Of a DNA stretch of 45,749 nt, positions 32,538 to 40,359 are shown in pieces. Numbering within the stretch: position 1 is the first letter of the stretch; each line of letters begins with the position of its first letter. The notes below the pieces were generated by a model. It saw only the letters and a program-made list of their open reading frames with translations, did not search any database and was not told the DNA's origin. The stretch is from IMG/VR virus record IMGVR_UViG_2534681762_000010. The stretch is one strand, 5' to 3'. The DNA comes from a virus. Its lineage: Duplodnaviria; Heunggongvirae; Uroviricota; Caudoviricetes. The translations under genes were made by a program, and so were the position numbers.

Positions 32538-32933
32538 CTAACCTCGCATGTCAAAGCCAGATTTCTGAAAATCTCTGTAGACTTCCGGATTGTTGAAGGC
32601 CGGAAATTTGGCTTTATGAGCTGCGGACTTTATCGCTTCGCAATAGGCTTTATCACCGTTACTGGTAGATATTTTTAACGCCGTGCCATCCTGAGAGAAT
32701 TCCATATGCAACCTGCATTTTTTCCCTTTCCAGTTATGCGGCTCATCAAGTTTGGCATTAATTGCAGCTCTGATTCCCCGCGCTTGCGCCCCCCATTCAT
32801 CCTGATCATCCCAGCGTCCTGAACTGCAACTACCTGTAGCAGTAGTTTTGTGGCAATCTGAAGGGTGTAAAGGTGTGCATCCCGCAACAAAACCGACCCA
32901 AAAAGTCAACATAACGATTTTCTTTAATCCCAC
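32538..32933 (-). CDS. outer-membrane lipoprotein with diverged TolA-domain-III-like C-terminus (paralog 2)
   Basis: GTG start with GAGGAG SD; signal peptide and lipobox VAGC; C-terminus KKCRLHMEFSQDGTALKIS...CEAIKSAAHKAKFPAFNNPEVYRDFQKSGFD. Confidence 0.7.
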   Translation of the reverse strand: MGLKKIVMLTFWVGFVAGCTPLHPSDCHKTTATGSCSSGRWDDQDEWGAQARGIRAAINAKLDEPHNWKGKKCRLHMEFSQDGTALKISTSNGDKAYCEAIKSAAHKAKFPAFNNPEVYRDFQKSGFDMRG

Positions 32934-33083
32934 TTCTTGCTCCTCAATCCATTAAAATCTCAGCAATAGTAGTTGTTACGTCCGCCACTGGCTCAGAGCT
33001 GACTATCCGCTAAATTTAGCTCAGTGCCGTAGTTGTGTCAGAACAAACCTAAGCCGAAACCGTTTATTACAAAACAATAAATA

Positions 33084-33512
33084 TCAGGGTTTAAAATCCA
33101 GCACCCCATTTTGAAATACTTTATATACTTCCGGCGAAGGGGGGGCAGGTATATCAGCATTCTTTATCGCATTCATCGCTTCACGACATAAATCGAGGTC
33201 TCCACTTTCTCTTTTAACCTCCAGTAGAAGGCCATTCGGGGCCATATGCATTCTCAGTGTACACTCTTTTCCTGAATACTTACTCGCATCCCCGAACTGT
33301 TTTTCGATGGCGCTCTTGATTTGATGGGCATACAGACGGATATCCTCACTAACATCAGAAGTACGTTCAGATGAACTCACATACTGTGTCTCTATTGCTT
33401 TATCGGAGTAATATGATGTACGGTCATGATAATTTGTCGATACAGCATCACTGCACCCGATAATAATCCCACTAATAATCAACGTAAGAATTGATGCGCT
33501 ACGAAAACCCAT
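33084..33512 (-). CDS. outer-membrane lipoprotein with TolA-domain-III-like C-terminus (paralog 1)
   Basis: lipobox IIGC; C-terminus QIKSAIEKQFGDASKYSGKECTLRMHMAPNGLLLEVKRESGDLDLCREAMNAIKNADIPAPPSPEVYKVFQNGVLDFKP closely parallels the E. coli TolA C-terminal domain. Confidence 0.8.
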   Translation of the reverse strand: MGFRSASILTLIISGIIIGCSDAVSTNYHDRTSYYSDKAIETQYVSSSERTSDVSEDIRLYAHQIKSAIEKQFGDASKYSGKECTLRMHMAPNGLLLEVKRESGDLDLCREAMNAIKNADIPAPPSPEVYKVFQNGVLDFKP

Positions 33513-33541
33513 TTTTCCTCACATATGTCATATAGTAAAGG

Positions 33542-33571
33542 ATTATATATACCGTTGTTTTGGACGCTCAA
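33542..33571 (-). promoter_or_regulatory. candidate sigma70 promoter for the lipoprotein pair
   Basis: minus-strand TTGAGC - 18 bp - TATAAT about 25 nt upstream of the GAGGA SD. Confidence 0.4.
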
Positions 33572-34045
33572 ACAGCGAATCAGATCAAATAAAACGCACA
33601 TTTGTTAACATTTACACAAAGTCTGCGTGGGATATTCTGAAAGAATATCCATAATGTGGAGAGAATCTATTGAAGTGCATGGTGCCGGGTGCCTCCCGGT
33701 GAATTCAGTACCAGCACCTGAATCCGCGATTATCCCATATACCTACTCGCTGATTGCCCCTCCGCACAGGGGGATTCACCATGCCAGTTTCTTTTAACAA
33801 ACTCCCCGCAAACCAGAGAACAGTCAACCGCCTGAATTGTGAAGTATTTAAAAATTTCTCCCGCTAACTGATACCCGGCTAACAGTCTGGCGTTTTCTTT
33901 TTCAGCAACGGGAAAGCAACAACCACCACACCCGCCACCAGCACACCGTCAGCCAGCACTGACATTATCCGGCTGCTGCAATGCCATTCACAAAAACAGT
34001 AAGCAATCACTTTTTACCGTAACAGGTGATAATCCAGATATGTAT

Positions 34046-34399
34046 CTACCCCAGATGAGTAATCCGAAGTTCATCCATACCACAGGTCCTGGCTATTCTG
34101 TTGTACTCCTGAACAAGAGCAAATAATTCTGAATTAGCAACCATGAACTCATCGCAAACCCTCTGTATAGCATCACTATTCAGAATAATAACGTCTCTTC
34201 CCGAAAGACGATCAGGAGCACAGAACAAAACTGTCAAACGGCTGAAGGCCTTTGCTCGTGCTGCATTGACTATATCAATACGCTGCCTAAGGATGAAACA
34301 CCCCGACGCCTCATCAATATTCACTCTACCCACACCATATGAATGATAAATATTTAATGCTGAAAAAACCATTAGACCGTATAACAAACACTCAATCAA
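34046..34399 (-). CDS. hypothetical protein (weak translation signals, possibly non-functional)
   Basis: 117-codon ORF with TTG start, first ATG at 34372 without SD. Confidence 0.3.
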   Translation of the reverse strand: MIECLLYGLMVFSALNIYHSYGVGRVNIDEASGCFILRQRIDIVNAARAKAFSRLTVLFCAPDRLSGRDVIILNSDAIQRVCDEFMVANSELFALVQEYNRIARTCGMDELRITHLG

Positions 34400-34509
34400 T
34401 ACTTAACAGAACTTTTATTTTTGACAAACATATTATGTTTTCAACAATATCCTGAGCCAGGTATATTCCAGTATAAGGCTCTGCCGGAAGGAATCTGGAA
34501 GAATGAATA

Positions 34510-34586
34510 TGGCGCGCTGTACTGGATTCGAACCAGTGACCGATTGCTTAGAAGGCAATTGCTCTGTCCGGCTGAGCTAACAACGC
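34510..34586 (-). tRNA. tRNA-Arg (anticodon UCU)
   Basis: GCGTTGTTAGCTCAGCCGGACAGAGCAATTGCCTTCTAAGCAATCGGTCACTGGTTCGAATCCAGTACAGCGCGCCA folds as cloverleaf; anticodon loop CTTCTAA; 3' CCA encoded. Confidence 0.9.
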
Positions 34587-34686
34587 TGAATACCGATAAT
34601 GGACCGCCATCGGGGACCCGCCCCCGCACCAACAACCCTGTTATCGTGTCGTCTGCTCTTCCTGATAAGCTAATGGCGGTTTGTGA

Positions 34687-34762
34687 TGGTGGCCCTTGCT
34701 GGATTTGAACCAGCGACCTGGCGATTATGAGTCGCTCGCTCTCACCACTGAGCTAAAGGGCC
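34687..34762 (-). tRNA. tRNA with anticodon CAU, most like tRNA-Ile2 (lysidine type; ileX/ileZ-like), alternatively tRNA-Met
   Basis: GGCCCTTTAGCTCAGTGGTGAGAGCGAGCGACTCATAATCGCCAGGTCGCTGGTTCAAATCCAGCAAGGGCCACCA; close to E. coli ileX. Confidence 0.9.
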
Positions 34763-34801
34763 GGGAGCAGAATAATAACGGTCCGTAATTAATTCCGCAA
34801 T

Positions 34802-34823
34802 AAAAAACCCGCTCGGCGGCGGG
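34802..34823 (-). terminator. tR'-like intrinsic terminator downstream of the late promoter
   Basis: CCCGC-N6-GCGGG hairpin followed by TTTTTTA on minus strand, about 65 nt downstream of the candidate pR'. Confidence 0.55.
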
Positions 34824-34872
34824 TTGTAGAAACTCTTCTAACGTCAGGCATAAAAAGCCCATCATTATGACG

Positions 34873-34900
34873 AATTTACCACAGATTCCGGAAAAATCAA
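34873..34900 (-). promoter_or_regulatory. candidate late promoter pR' overlapping the 3' end of Q
   Basis: minus-strand TTGATT - 16 bp - TAAATT. Confidence 0.4.
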
Positions 34901-34905
34901 CCTTG

Positions 34906-35727
34906 TTACCAAGTTACCTTTTTTAACTGCCGCTCAGCCCATGCTTCTTCAATATCAAACCGGGTCACCAGCGCATCATAGAATTTCTTAACTGTTTTTT
35001 CCCATGACGCGCGTGTTATCTGGTTTGTCACCTCGCATATAGCATTAAATGCCTCCGTTGATGGTAGTCTTTCATAGCCACGACCACCACAACGCTGGCA
35101 GTCTCTGATAACAGGCATACCACGTTTTACCGACTCTTCACGGTGAATGGCGACACCACGCCCACGGCAATCCTTACAGGCGGTGGAAACCTCACCCTTT
35201 CCGCCACACTCCGGACAGGCAACTTTTACCACCTCCCTGACTTTTTTCCATTCTTCCCAGTAAGACGGATACACACCTTTCGTACACTTTGCCCATACCG
35301 GCGGCTTACCATCCGGATACTGGACCTTGTTTGTAAAAACTACGCTTTCAATAAATTTTTCCCCATCGCAACAAGGGCACTGCTTTTTACTCGCTGCGCT
35401 GCGGGCATAATCCTCAAAAGCGTACGAAGCCATAATGCGCATCACTACCGGTTTTATTTCTGCCGGAAGTTTTCTCAACGCCGCCACACGATCGCACCGA
35501 CTGAGTGCATAATCTGCCAGTAATTCTGTTGCCCGCGCCCTGTCATTCATACTGATGCCCATTTTCCCCAGGAACGCAGAAAACCCCATCTCAGCCCGAT
35601 TCTGTGTCATGCCCTGCGCGGCCATCACATCAGTGATACTCAGCGCATCTTTTGACGTTGAAGCCGATGCATCGGTCAGGCAAGGGGATTTTGGGGAGTA
35701 GTATTTCGGTAAATCTTCCAGTTTCAT
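34906..35727 (-). CDS. late antiterminator Q (zinc-finger type with four CxxCxGxG repeats)
   Basis: 273 aa; position between rusA and pR'/late genes; CPCCDGEK, CPECGGKG, CKDCRGRG, CQRCGGRG. Confidence 0.75.
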   Translation of the reverse strand: MKLEDLPKYYSPKSPCLTDASASTSKDALSITDVMAAQGMTQNRAEMGFSAFLGKMGISMNDRARATELLADYALSRCDRVAALRKLPAEIKPVVMRIMASYAFEDYARSAASKKQCPCCDGEKFIESVVFTNKVQYPDGKPPVWAKCTKGVYPSYWEEWKKVREVVKVACPECGGKGEVSTACKDCRGRGVAIHREESVKRGMPVIRDCQRCGGRGYERLPSTEAFNAICEVTNQITRASWEKTVKKFYDALVTRFDIEEAWAERQLKKVTW

Positions 35728-36098
35728 TTTTTGACCTGCTCTTCATGCATTATGGGGTAAATCTTCACCCCCATACGTCCACCAGATACTGGCTGACCAC
35801 GAACGATATTGATTTCATCAAACTGCTCATCGTCCATTAACACTCCCGCATGCGTCAGCGCATCCAGCGGTGCTTTCAGGATATTGTCCAGGTCGCGACG
35901 ACGCTTATCCGGTGGCTCTGCAATCACCTTTATCGCCAGCCTTCCGGACAGGCTTAATTTCAGCCGCTGCTGGCGAACAATAAGCGCCACAGCCCGGTGA
36001 TAACGCTTTCCCTCCTCCGAGATAAAATATGTGCTGCCACGGCGTCGCCAGTAAGTGTTCACCGTCGGCGGGTAAGGTAAAACCAAATCTATGAGCAT
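35724..36098 (-). CDS. rusA: RusA-family Holliday junction resolvase
   Basis: 124 aa, PPDKRRRDLDNILKAPLDALTHAGVLMDD matches RusA catalytic region. Confidence 0.85.
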   Translation of the reverse strand: MLIDLVLPYPPTVNTYWRRRGSTYFISEEGKRYHRAVALIVRQQRLKLSLSGRLAIKVIAEPPDKRRRDLDNILKAPLDALTHAGVLMDDEQFDEINIVRGQPVSGGRMGVKIYPIMHEEQVKK

Positions 36099-36110
36099 CA
36101 GTCACCTCTT

Positions 36111-37160
36111 TTACCCAAGCACGCCAGTTGCAAAGGCGTGATCAAGAAAACGAAAAATTAAATCAACCTGAGAACCATGCTTTTCTTCGAACGCCAGCGG
36201 ATCCGCATGAAGCTCGTTGTGATGCTCCCGACACAGCGGTAGCGTGAAAATATCGTGAGATTTTGTCCCCATTCCGCCCTGACCATGACCAATCAGGTGA
36301 TGGGGATCGTCGGCTGGCTTACCACAACACGCACACGGCTGTGTCTTCACCCAGCGTGTGTATTTCTCGTTAACCCAGCGGCGACGTTTAGGTCGTTTCA
36401 TAAAAGATTCCGGAGACTCAGGATCAACGGCAATGCTGACCACCGTCTTTTCCTGTGGTGGGTTCTGTTGCTGGTGGGCGTGAGGCAGCGGCGCAAGATT
36501 TTTTGTGCGCTGTTTCAGTATGCTGGTGGCGGTCTGCTCTCCCGGTACGATGTCGCTTTCACGGTACATTGAGCGGATTTTTTCCGCACGCAACCCCAGC
36601 GAACGACGTAATACCGCTTCCGGTAGCGCGTCCGCCACCTGATTGCGGACCGCCCACCAGGATAATTCAGCCAGAGATAATTCACGCTCCTGCGTACCGC
36701 TTATTGCGTGACCGATGACGTCAATCATCCATGCTGACAGGTTTTGATGAGCAAGTTGCTCGAGTGATTCGGATGTCTGGTCACGCAGCTGGTTGTCGCA
36801 GTGCCAGCACAACACCATTGCGCCGGTACCATAACGGTGAATGACGGTTTCGCTGTGATGATAATCGCCGTGTGGCCACTGGCAGGATTTAATATGGCGC
36901 AACAGCCAGTCAGACAATGCACCAGCACCACCAGCAGCACGAATCACCCGTGCGTTACTGAAAAACGGCAGCAATGTTTTGTCTTCCACCAGCGGCTGGC
37001 GAGCGGCAGGAACGACCCCGGACGGCAGATTACGCATGCTTTTCGGTTCCGGCTCCACCAGTAACCGGGTATTGTGGAATACCGGCATGGATTCACGGCC
37101 CGGCTTAACGATCACCAGCCCGAGTTCCGGTACCAGAACAGGTCGAAGTAATACCCGCAC
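36111..37160 (-). CDS. DUF968-family nin-region protein (YdfU-like) with HNH-like Cys/His motif
   Basis: 349 aa; C-terminal CACCGKPADDPHHLIGHGQGG...LCREHHNELH. Confidence 0.65.
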   Translation of the reverse strand: MRVLLRPVLVPELGLVIVKPGRESMPVFHNTRLLVEPEPKSMRNLPSGVVPAARQPLVEDKTLLPFFSNARVIRAAGGAGALSDWLLRHIKSCQWPHGDYHHSETVIHRYGTGAMVLCWHCDNQLRDQTSESLEQLAHQNLSAWMIDVIGHAISGTQERELSLAELSWWAVRNQVADALPEAVLRRSLGLRAEKIRSMYRESDIVPGEQTATSILKQRTKNLAPLPHAHQQQNPPQEKTVVSIAVDPESPESFMKRPKRRRWVNEKYTRWVKTQPCACCGKPADDPHHLIGHGQGGMGTKSHDIFTLPLCREHHNELHADPLAFEEKHGSQVDLIFRFLDHAFATGVLG

Positions 37161-37161
37161 G

Positions 37162-37551
37162 TTACCTCCAGATGCGTTGCTGGAATGTGTGGGACGGACG
37201 CGGTGGGCGTTCGGAGTAAGGCAATCTGACTGAGATTATCCAGTGACGGTAGTCGAGGCTAAGGGCTTTTTTAACCTCGTATCCGCGCCTGCGGTAACAC
37301 TGAATTATCCATTCAGCCTGCTCTTCAGTGCATGGTGGATGCTGGAACCAGTCCGATTTGAATGCATGAAAACGCCGTCCGCACCTGCTGGCAAAGACGG
37401 CAGAATCATCAGAATTGTGTAATTTGGTATCGTGCGCCATCGGTTGTCTCTGCTGGCGCAGCAGGTGCCAGTTGTTCAGGCTGGCGTATAAAGTATAAAT
37501 AAACTGGTTCCAGTGTAAAGCCCCTACATTAATGGAATAAAAGTCAAACAA
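37162..37551 (-). CDS. hypothetical nin-region protein (possible start at internal Met 37440)
   Basis: 129-codon ORF abutting the DUF968 gene. Confidence 0.35.
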   Translation of the reverse strand: MFDFYSINVGALHWNQFIYTLYASLNNWHLLRQQRQPMAHDTKLHNSDDSAVFASRCGRRFHAFKSDWFQHPPCTEEQAEWIIQCYRRRGYEVKKALSLDYRHWIISVRLPYSERPPRPSHTFQQRIWR

Positions 37552-37705
37552 CAGATTGTTGGGATAAACACAACGCTTATTATTAAAAGCGATTAGATAA
37601 ATTAAATTTTAATGTTATGCAATTTTACCAGATCACCATAACATCTCTTTTGAAACCACCGAAACAACAACCATATCAATATTGATTATGTTAAAGTGAG
37701 TAAAT

Positions 37706-37792
37706 ATGGAAAACAACAAATCTGCACATTACGCTCCTTTTTTATCTGTGATACTTTTTGTTTTATGCTGTGTGTGGGCATTATTTTTATAA
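37706..37792 (+). CDS. small hydrophobic ORF (28 aa), hypothetical
   Basis: ATG 37706, MENNKSAHYAPFLSVILFVLCCVWALFL; in AT-rich island next to hokD. Confidence 0.2.
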   Translation: MENNKSAHYAPFLSVILFVLCCVWALFL

Positions 37793-37800
37793 AAATATTT

Positions 37801-37829
37801 ACAGATAAAATAAACCCGCCGAAGCGGGT
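37801..37829 (-). terminator. intrinsic terminator downstream of hokD
   Basis: ACCCGC-cgaa-GCGGGT hairpin followed by TTATTTTAT on minus strand. Confidence 0.5.
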
Positions 37830-37898
37830 TAAGTGCGGGTGCATTGAGGATGCCTGACACATCAGAGGTGGCGAGGGATTTCTCCCTCGCCAAGTCTC

Positions 37899-38054
37899 TT
37901 ACTCCTCAGGTTCGTAGACTGTGAAGACAGCGACCTCCGTCTGGCCGGTTCGGATTCGTACCTCGCAGAGGTCTTTCCTCGTTACCAGTGCCGTCACTAT
38001 GACGGTTAAACAGATGACGATCAGGGCGATTAACATCGCCTTTTGCTGCTTCAT
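37899..38054 (-). CDS. hokD: Hok-family type I toxin (HokD/RelF-like); in-frame upstream extension to 38111 is mok-like
   Basis: MKQQKAMLIALIVICLTVIVTALVTRKDLCEVRIRTGQTEVAVFTVYEPEE; AAGGAG SD. Confidence 0.85.
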   Translation of the reverse strand: MKQQKAMLIALIVICLTVIVTALVTRKDLCEVRIRTGQTEVAVFTVYEPEE

Positions 38055-38640
38055 AGCCTGCTTCTCCTTGCCTTTCGGCACGTAAGAGGCTAACCTAGAT
38101 TTGCCGTTCATAGATTGAGCCTCAGATTAATGTTAAGCGTCTTGCAGGACGCGTAATGTTAACTGGGGCTTTTCTCTATCTGCCTTTGGTGTTCATGCCT
38201 GAGACAGATAGCCTCAAGCACCCGCAGCCATTCTACTTAACTCCCGTCACCTGGCCAATATAAAATCAATCAGAAAGGCGATCCATAAGAACAACAGCAA
38301 GACAATAAATTGCCATTACAGCTGCAATAGCCAGCGCACATTTGAGAACCAGCACGACAACCTCCTGTATTGGACGTACACCAGTCCTGATAAATATGAG
38401 GCTCTCTCATCATTGATGAGATACAACTATTGGGTATAGTTTCTGTGATTTTGTTCTGTAGAAATGGAACACAACAACCAGTAACCACCAGCGATTCTTT
38501 AAATACGCCAAATCCGACGCAAGCTAACCTTCTAGTCCGCTTTGGGCGAAGACCGGACGTTCGATAGGTGTGAACTAGTAACTTTAAAAACATTTAATTA
38601 CCAGTAAAAAAACAAGAATATACTATCACTTTTCCAATTT

Positions 38641-39666
38641 TTAATTACCCTTATCAATTTTAAGAAATACATTTCCAATCTCATCAGAATAATCCTGTAT
38701 TATTTTTGAAATGACGGCATGATCAATGGTTGGTTTTAAGAATAAAAGTGTCACAGTAATCTGCATCAAACTAATAGCAGTAGCATGGGCTGGATCAGCC
38801 ATTCCTGAATCACTTTGCCCGATCAATAATATATCATCACCAGTTTCACAGAGACCAAGCCTATTTCTCATTGCCTTGGAACCGGTGTGTACATTCTGAC
38901 TCGCCCACTTATAATAAGGGCGCATGTGTTCTAACTGAACATCTTTCTCAATAGCTCCAAACCCCACTTTATTATGGTTAGGGAAAATATAAGATGCCCA
39001 CCCATAATTATCTGCATATTTTTTGCCGTATTTTTTTATTAATAGATCAAATTGAACTTTACACTCAGCTATTTCTTCAATAGTTGGACCTTTTGCTTCT
39101 AACCGGTGCTCGTACTTTTTGTGTTCCAACATTCCAGTATATGAATCAACCACTTCATGGTAGTAAAAGCGCTCAGCACACTCTTTTCCATGCTTTGCTA
39201 TAAACATAGCTGTGGCTGCTACCTCATGAAGTGCTCGCCATCTCGCTTGGGCAGCATCTGCAAATCCATTCTTTAAGAGACACAAAATTTCGTTGGCGAT
39301 GTGGCAAGCTCTTGCGTGATGCCGAACGACTAAATCAAAAACCACATCCTCTTCAGAGGCAGCTTGTGGTCTATAAGAACGATTGAACTCTTCACCGGAC
39401 TCCGTGCATATCACTATAAGTGTTTCGAGCAAATCAAAAGCCTCTGCCCATCTTGAAATATTTCTCTCAACAAATTCATCACAAAGAGAACGATGTTCTC
39501 TAAGCATTGCATTGGCCGAGCCAATAAGAGATTTTTTAACGACAATGGCTATTTTGGGAATTAGGTTATTAATTTCTTTTTCGATATCAGCGTCACCAGA
39601 TAAATCAAGTCTCTCTTTTAAAAGGCTGTCTATGTGCTCAAGCAAAATATTATGAAAAGTATCCAT
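38641..39666 (-). CDS. orphan 341-aa protein of unknown function in low-GC island (candidate accessory/defence gene)
   Basis: single long ORF, AT-rich codon usage unlike flanking phage genes; first ATG 39666 (track start 39678 is TTG); no recognisable catalytic motif beyond two R-x4-6-H spacings. Confidence 0.6.
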   Translation of the reverse strand: MDTFHNILLEHIDSLLKERLDLSGDADIEKEINNLIPKIAIVVKKSLIGSANAMLREHRSLCDEFVERNISRWAEAFDLLETLIVICTESGEEFNRSYRPQAASEEDVVFDLVVRHHARACHIANEILCLLKNGFADAAQARWRALHEVAATAMFIAKHGKECAERFYYHEVVDSYTGMLEHKKYEHRLEAKGPTIEEIAECKVQFDLLIKKYGKKYADNYGWASYIFPNHNKVGFGAIEKDVQLEHMRPYYKWASQNVHTGSKAMRNRLGLCETGDDILLIGQSDSGMADPAHATAISLMQITVTLLFLKPTIDHAVISKIIQDYSDEIGNVFLKIDKGN

Positions 39667-39893
39667 GTCATATCTCAATAAGTTTTAAATCCATGTGGCA
39701 CACCCATAATATAAAAATAAACAGCATGCCAGTCTAAGTCTGGCTATTTGTATATCATATCACCTGAAACATTGACAGATGTAACCCACCAAAATATTAT
39801 CAATGACCACTCTTGGCACAAAGCGAACAACCACGCTAGCTCTACCTTGTGCCATGAAAATGTCAATGCATATCTGAACTAATGCCCTTTAAT

Positions 39894-40319
39894 CTAGTAA
39901 CGTCTAAAATACCTAACATTTCCCTGATAAAATGCCATAATGCGCTGCATAACTTCGCTCTTCCGGCACTCGCGACAGATTATGTTTAGACAACTATCGT
40001 AGCGACGTATTTCTCCGTCAGGTAATGACCAGATAAGGTCCGGATCAACCGCAGATGGTTTCTTCAGCTTTGCCCTTGAGAGCTTTTTACGGGCATTTTG
40101 CCAGTCCTTACGCGCCTGTTCAGACGGGAATAACCCGTAACCAGAGTTGTATACATCGCCACTGGCAACCAGCTCTCTGGCCAGAACGCTCATCAGATAT
40201 CTTGTTGCCCCAGTTTTAGTTTCCAGTTGTCGTAACGTCTCGCGCCCACTCTGGCGTACGAGTTCAACAACCTGCCCTTTAATTTTTTCCCGCTCTTCTT
40301 GTGTAAAAACTTTTGCCAC
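39894..40319 (-). CDS. hypothetical replication-region protein with C-terminal Cys cluster
   Basis: 141 aa downstream of O-like gene where P/DnaC-like loaders usually sit; not an AAA+ protein. Confidence 0.45.
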   Translation of the reverse strand: MAKVFTQEEREKIKGQVVELVRQSGRETLRQLETKTGATRYLMSVLARELVASGDVYNSGYGLFPSEQARKDWQNARKKLSRAKLKKPSAVDPDLIWSLPDGEIRRYDSCLNIICRECRKSEVMQRIMAFYQGNVRYFRRY

Positions 40320-40359
40320 AAGCCCTCCTGAAAATTACCTCATGACCAGAAATTAACAC

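Noticed and set aside
33600-34400. Shiga toxin genes at the canonical Q-tRNA-stx position
   Set aside because: No ORF with StxA or StxB features; only a weak 117-codon ORF and non-coding DNA
34588-34686. A third tRNA gene between the two called tRNAs (as argO in 933W)
   Set aside because: No cloverleaf with acceptor stem and CCA could be folded by eye; needs tRNAscan to be sure
38270-38593. 107-aa Cys-rich minus-strand ORF upstream of hokD
   Set aside because: Lies in the expected hok leader/regulatory region; odd composition; no SD
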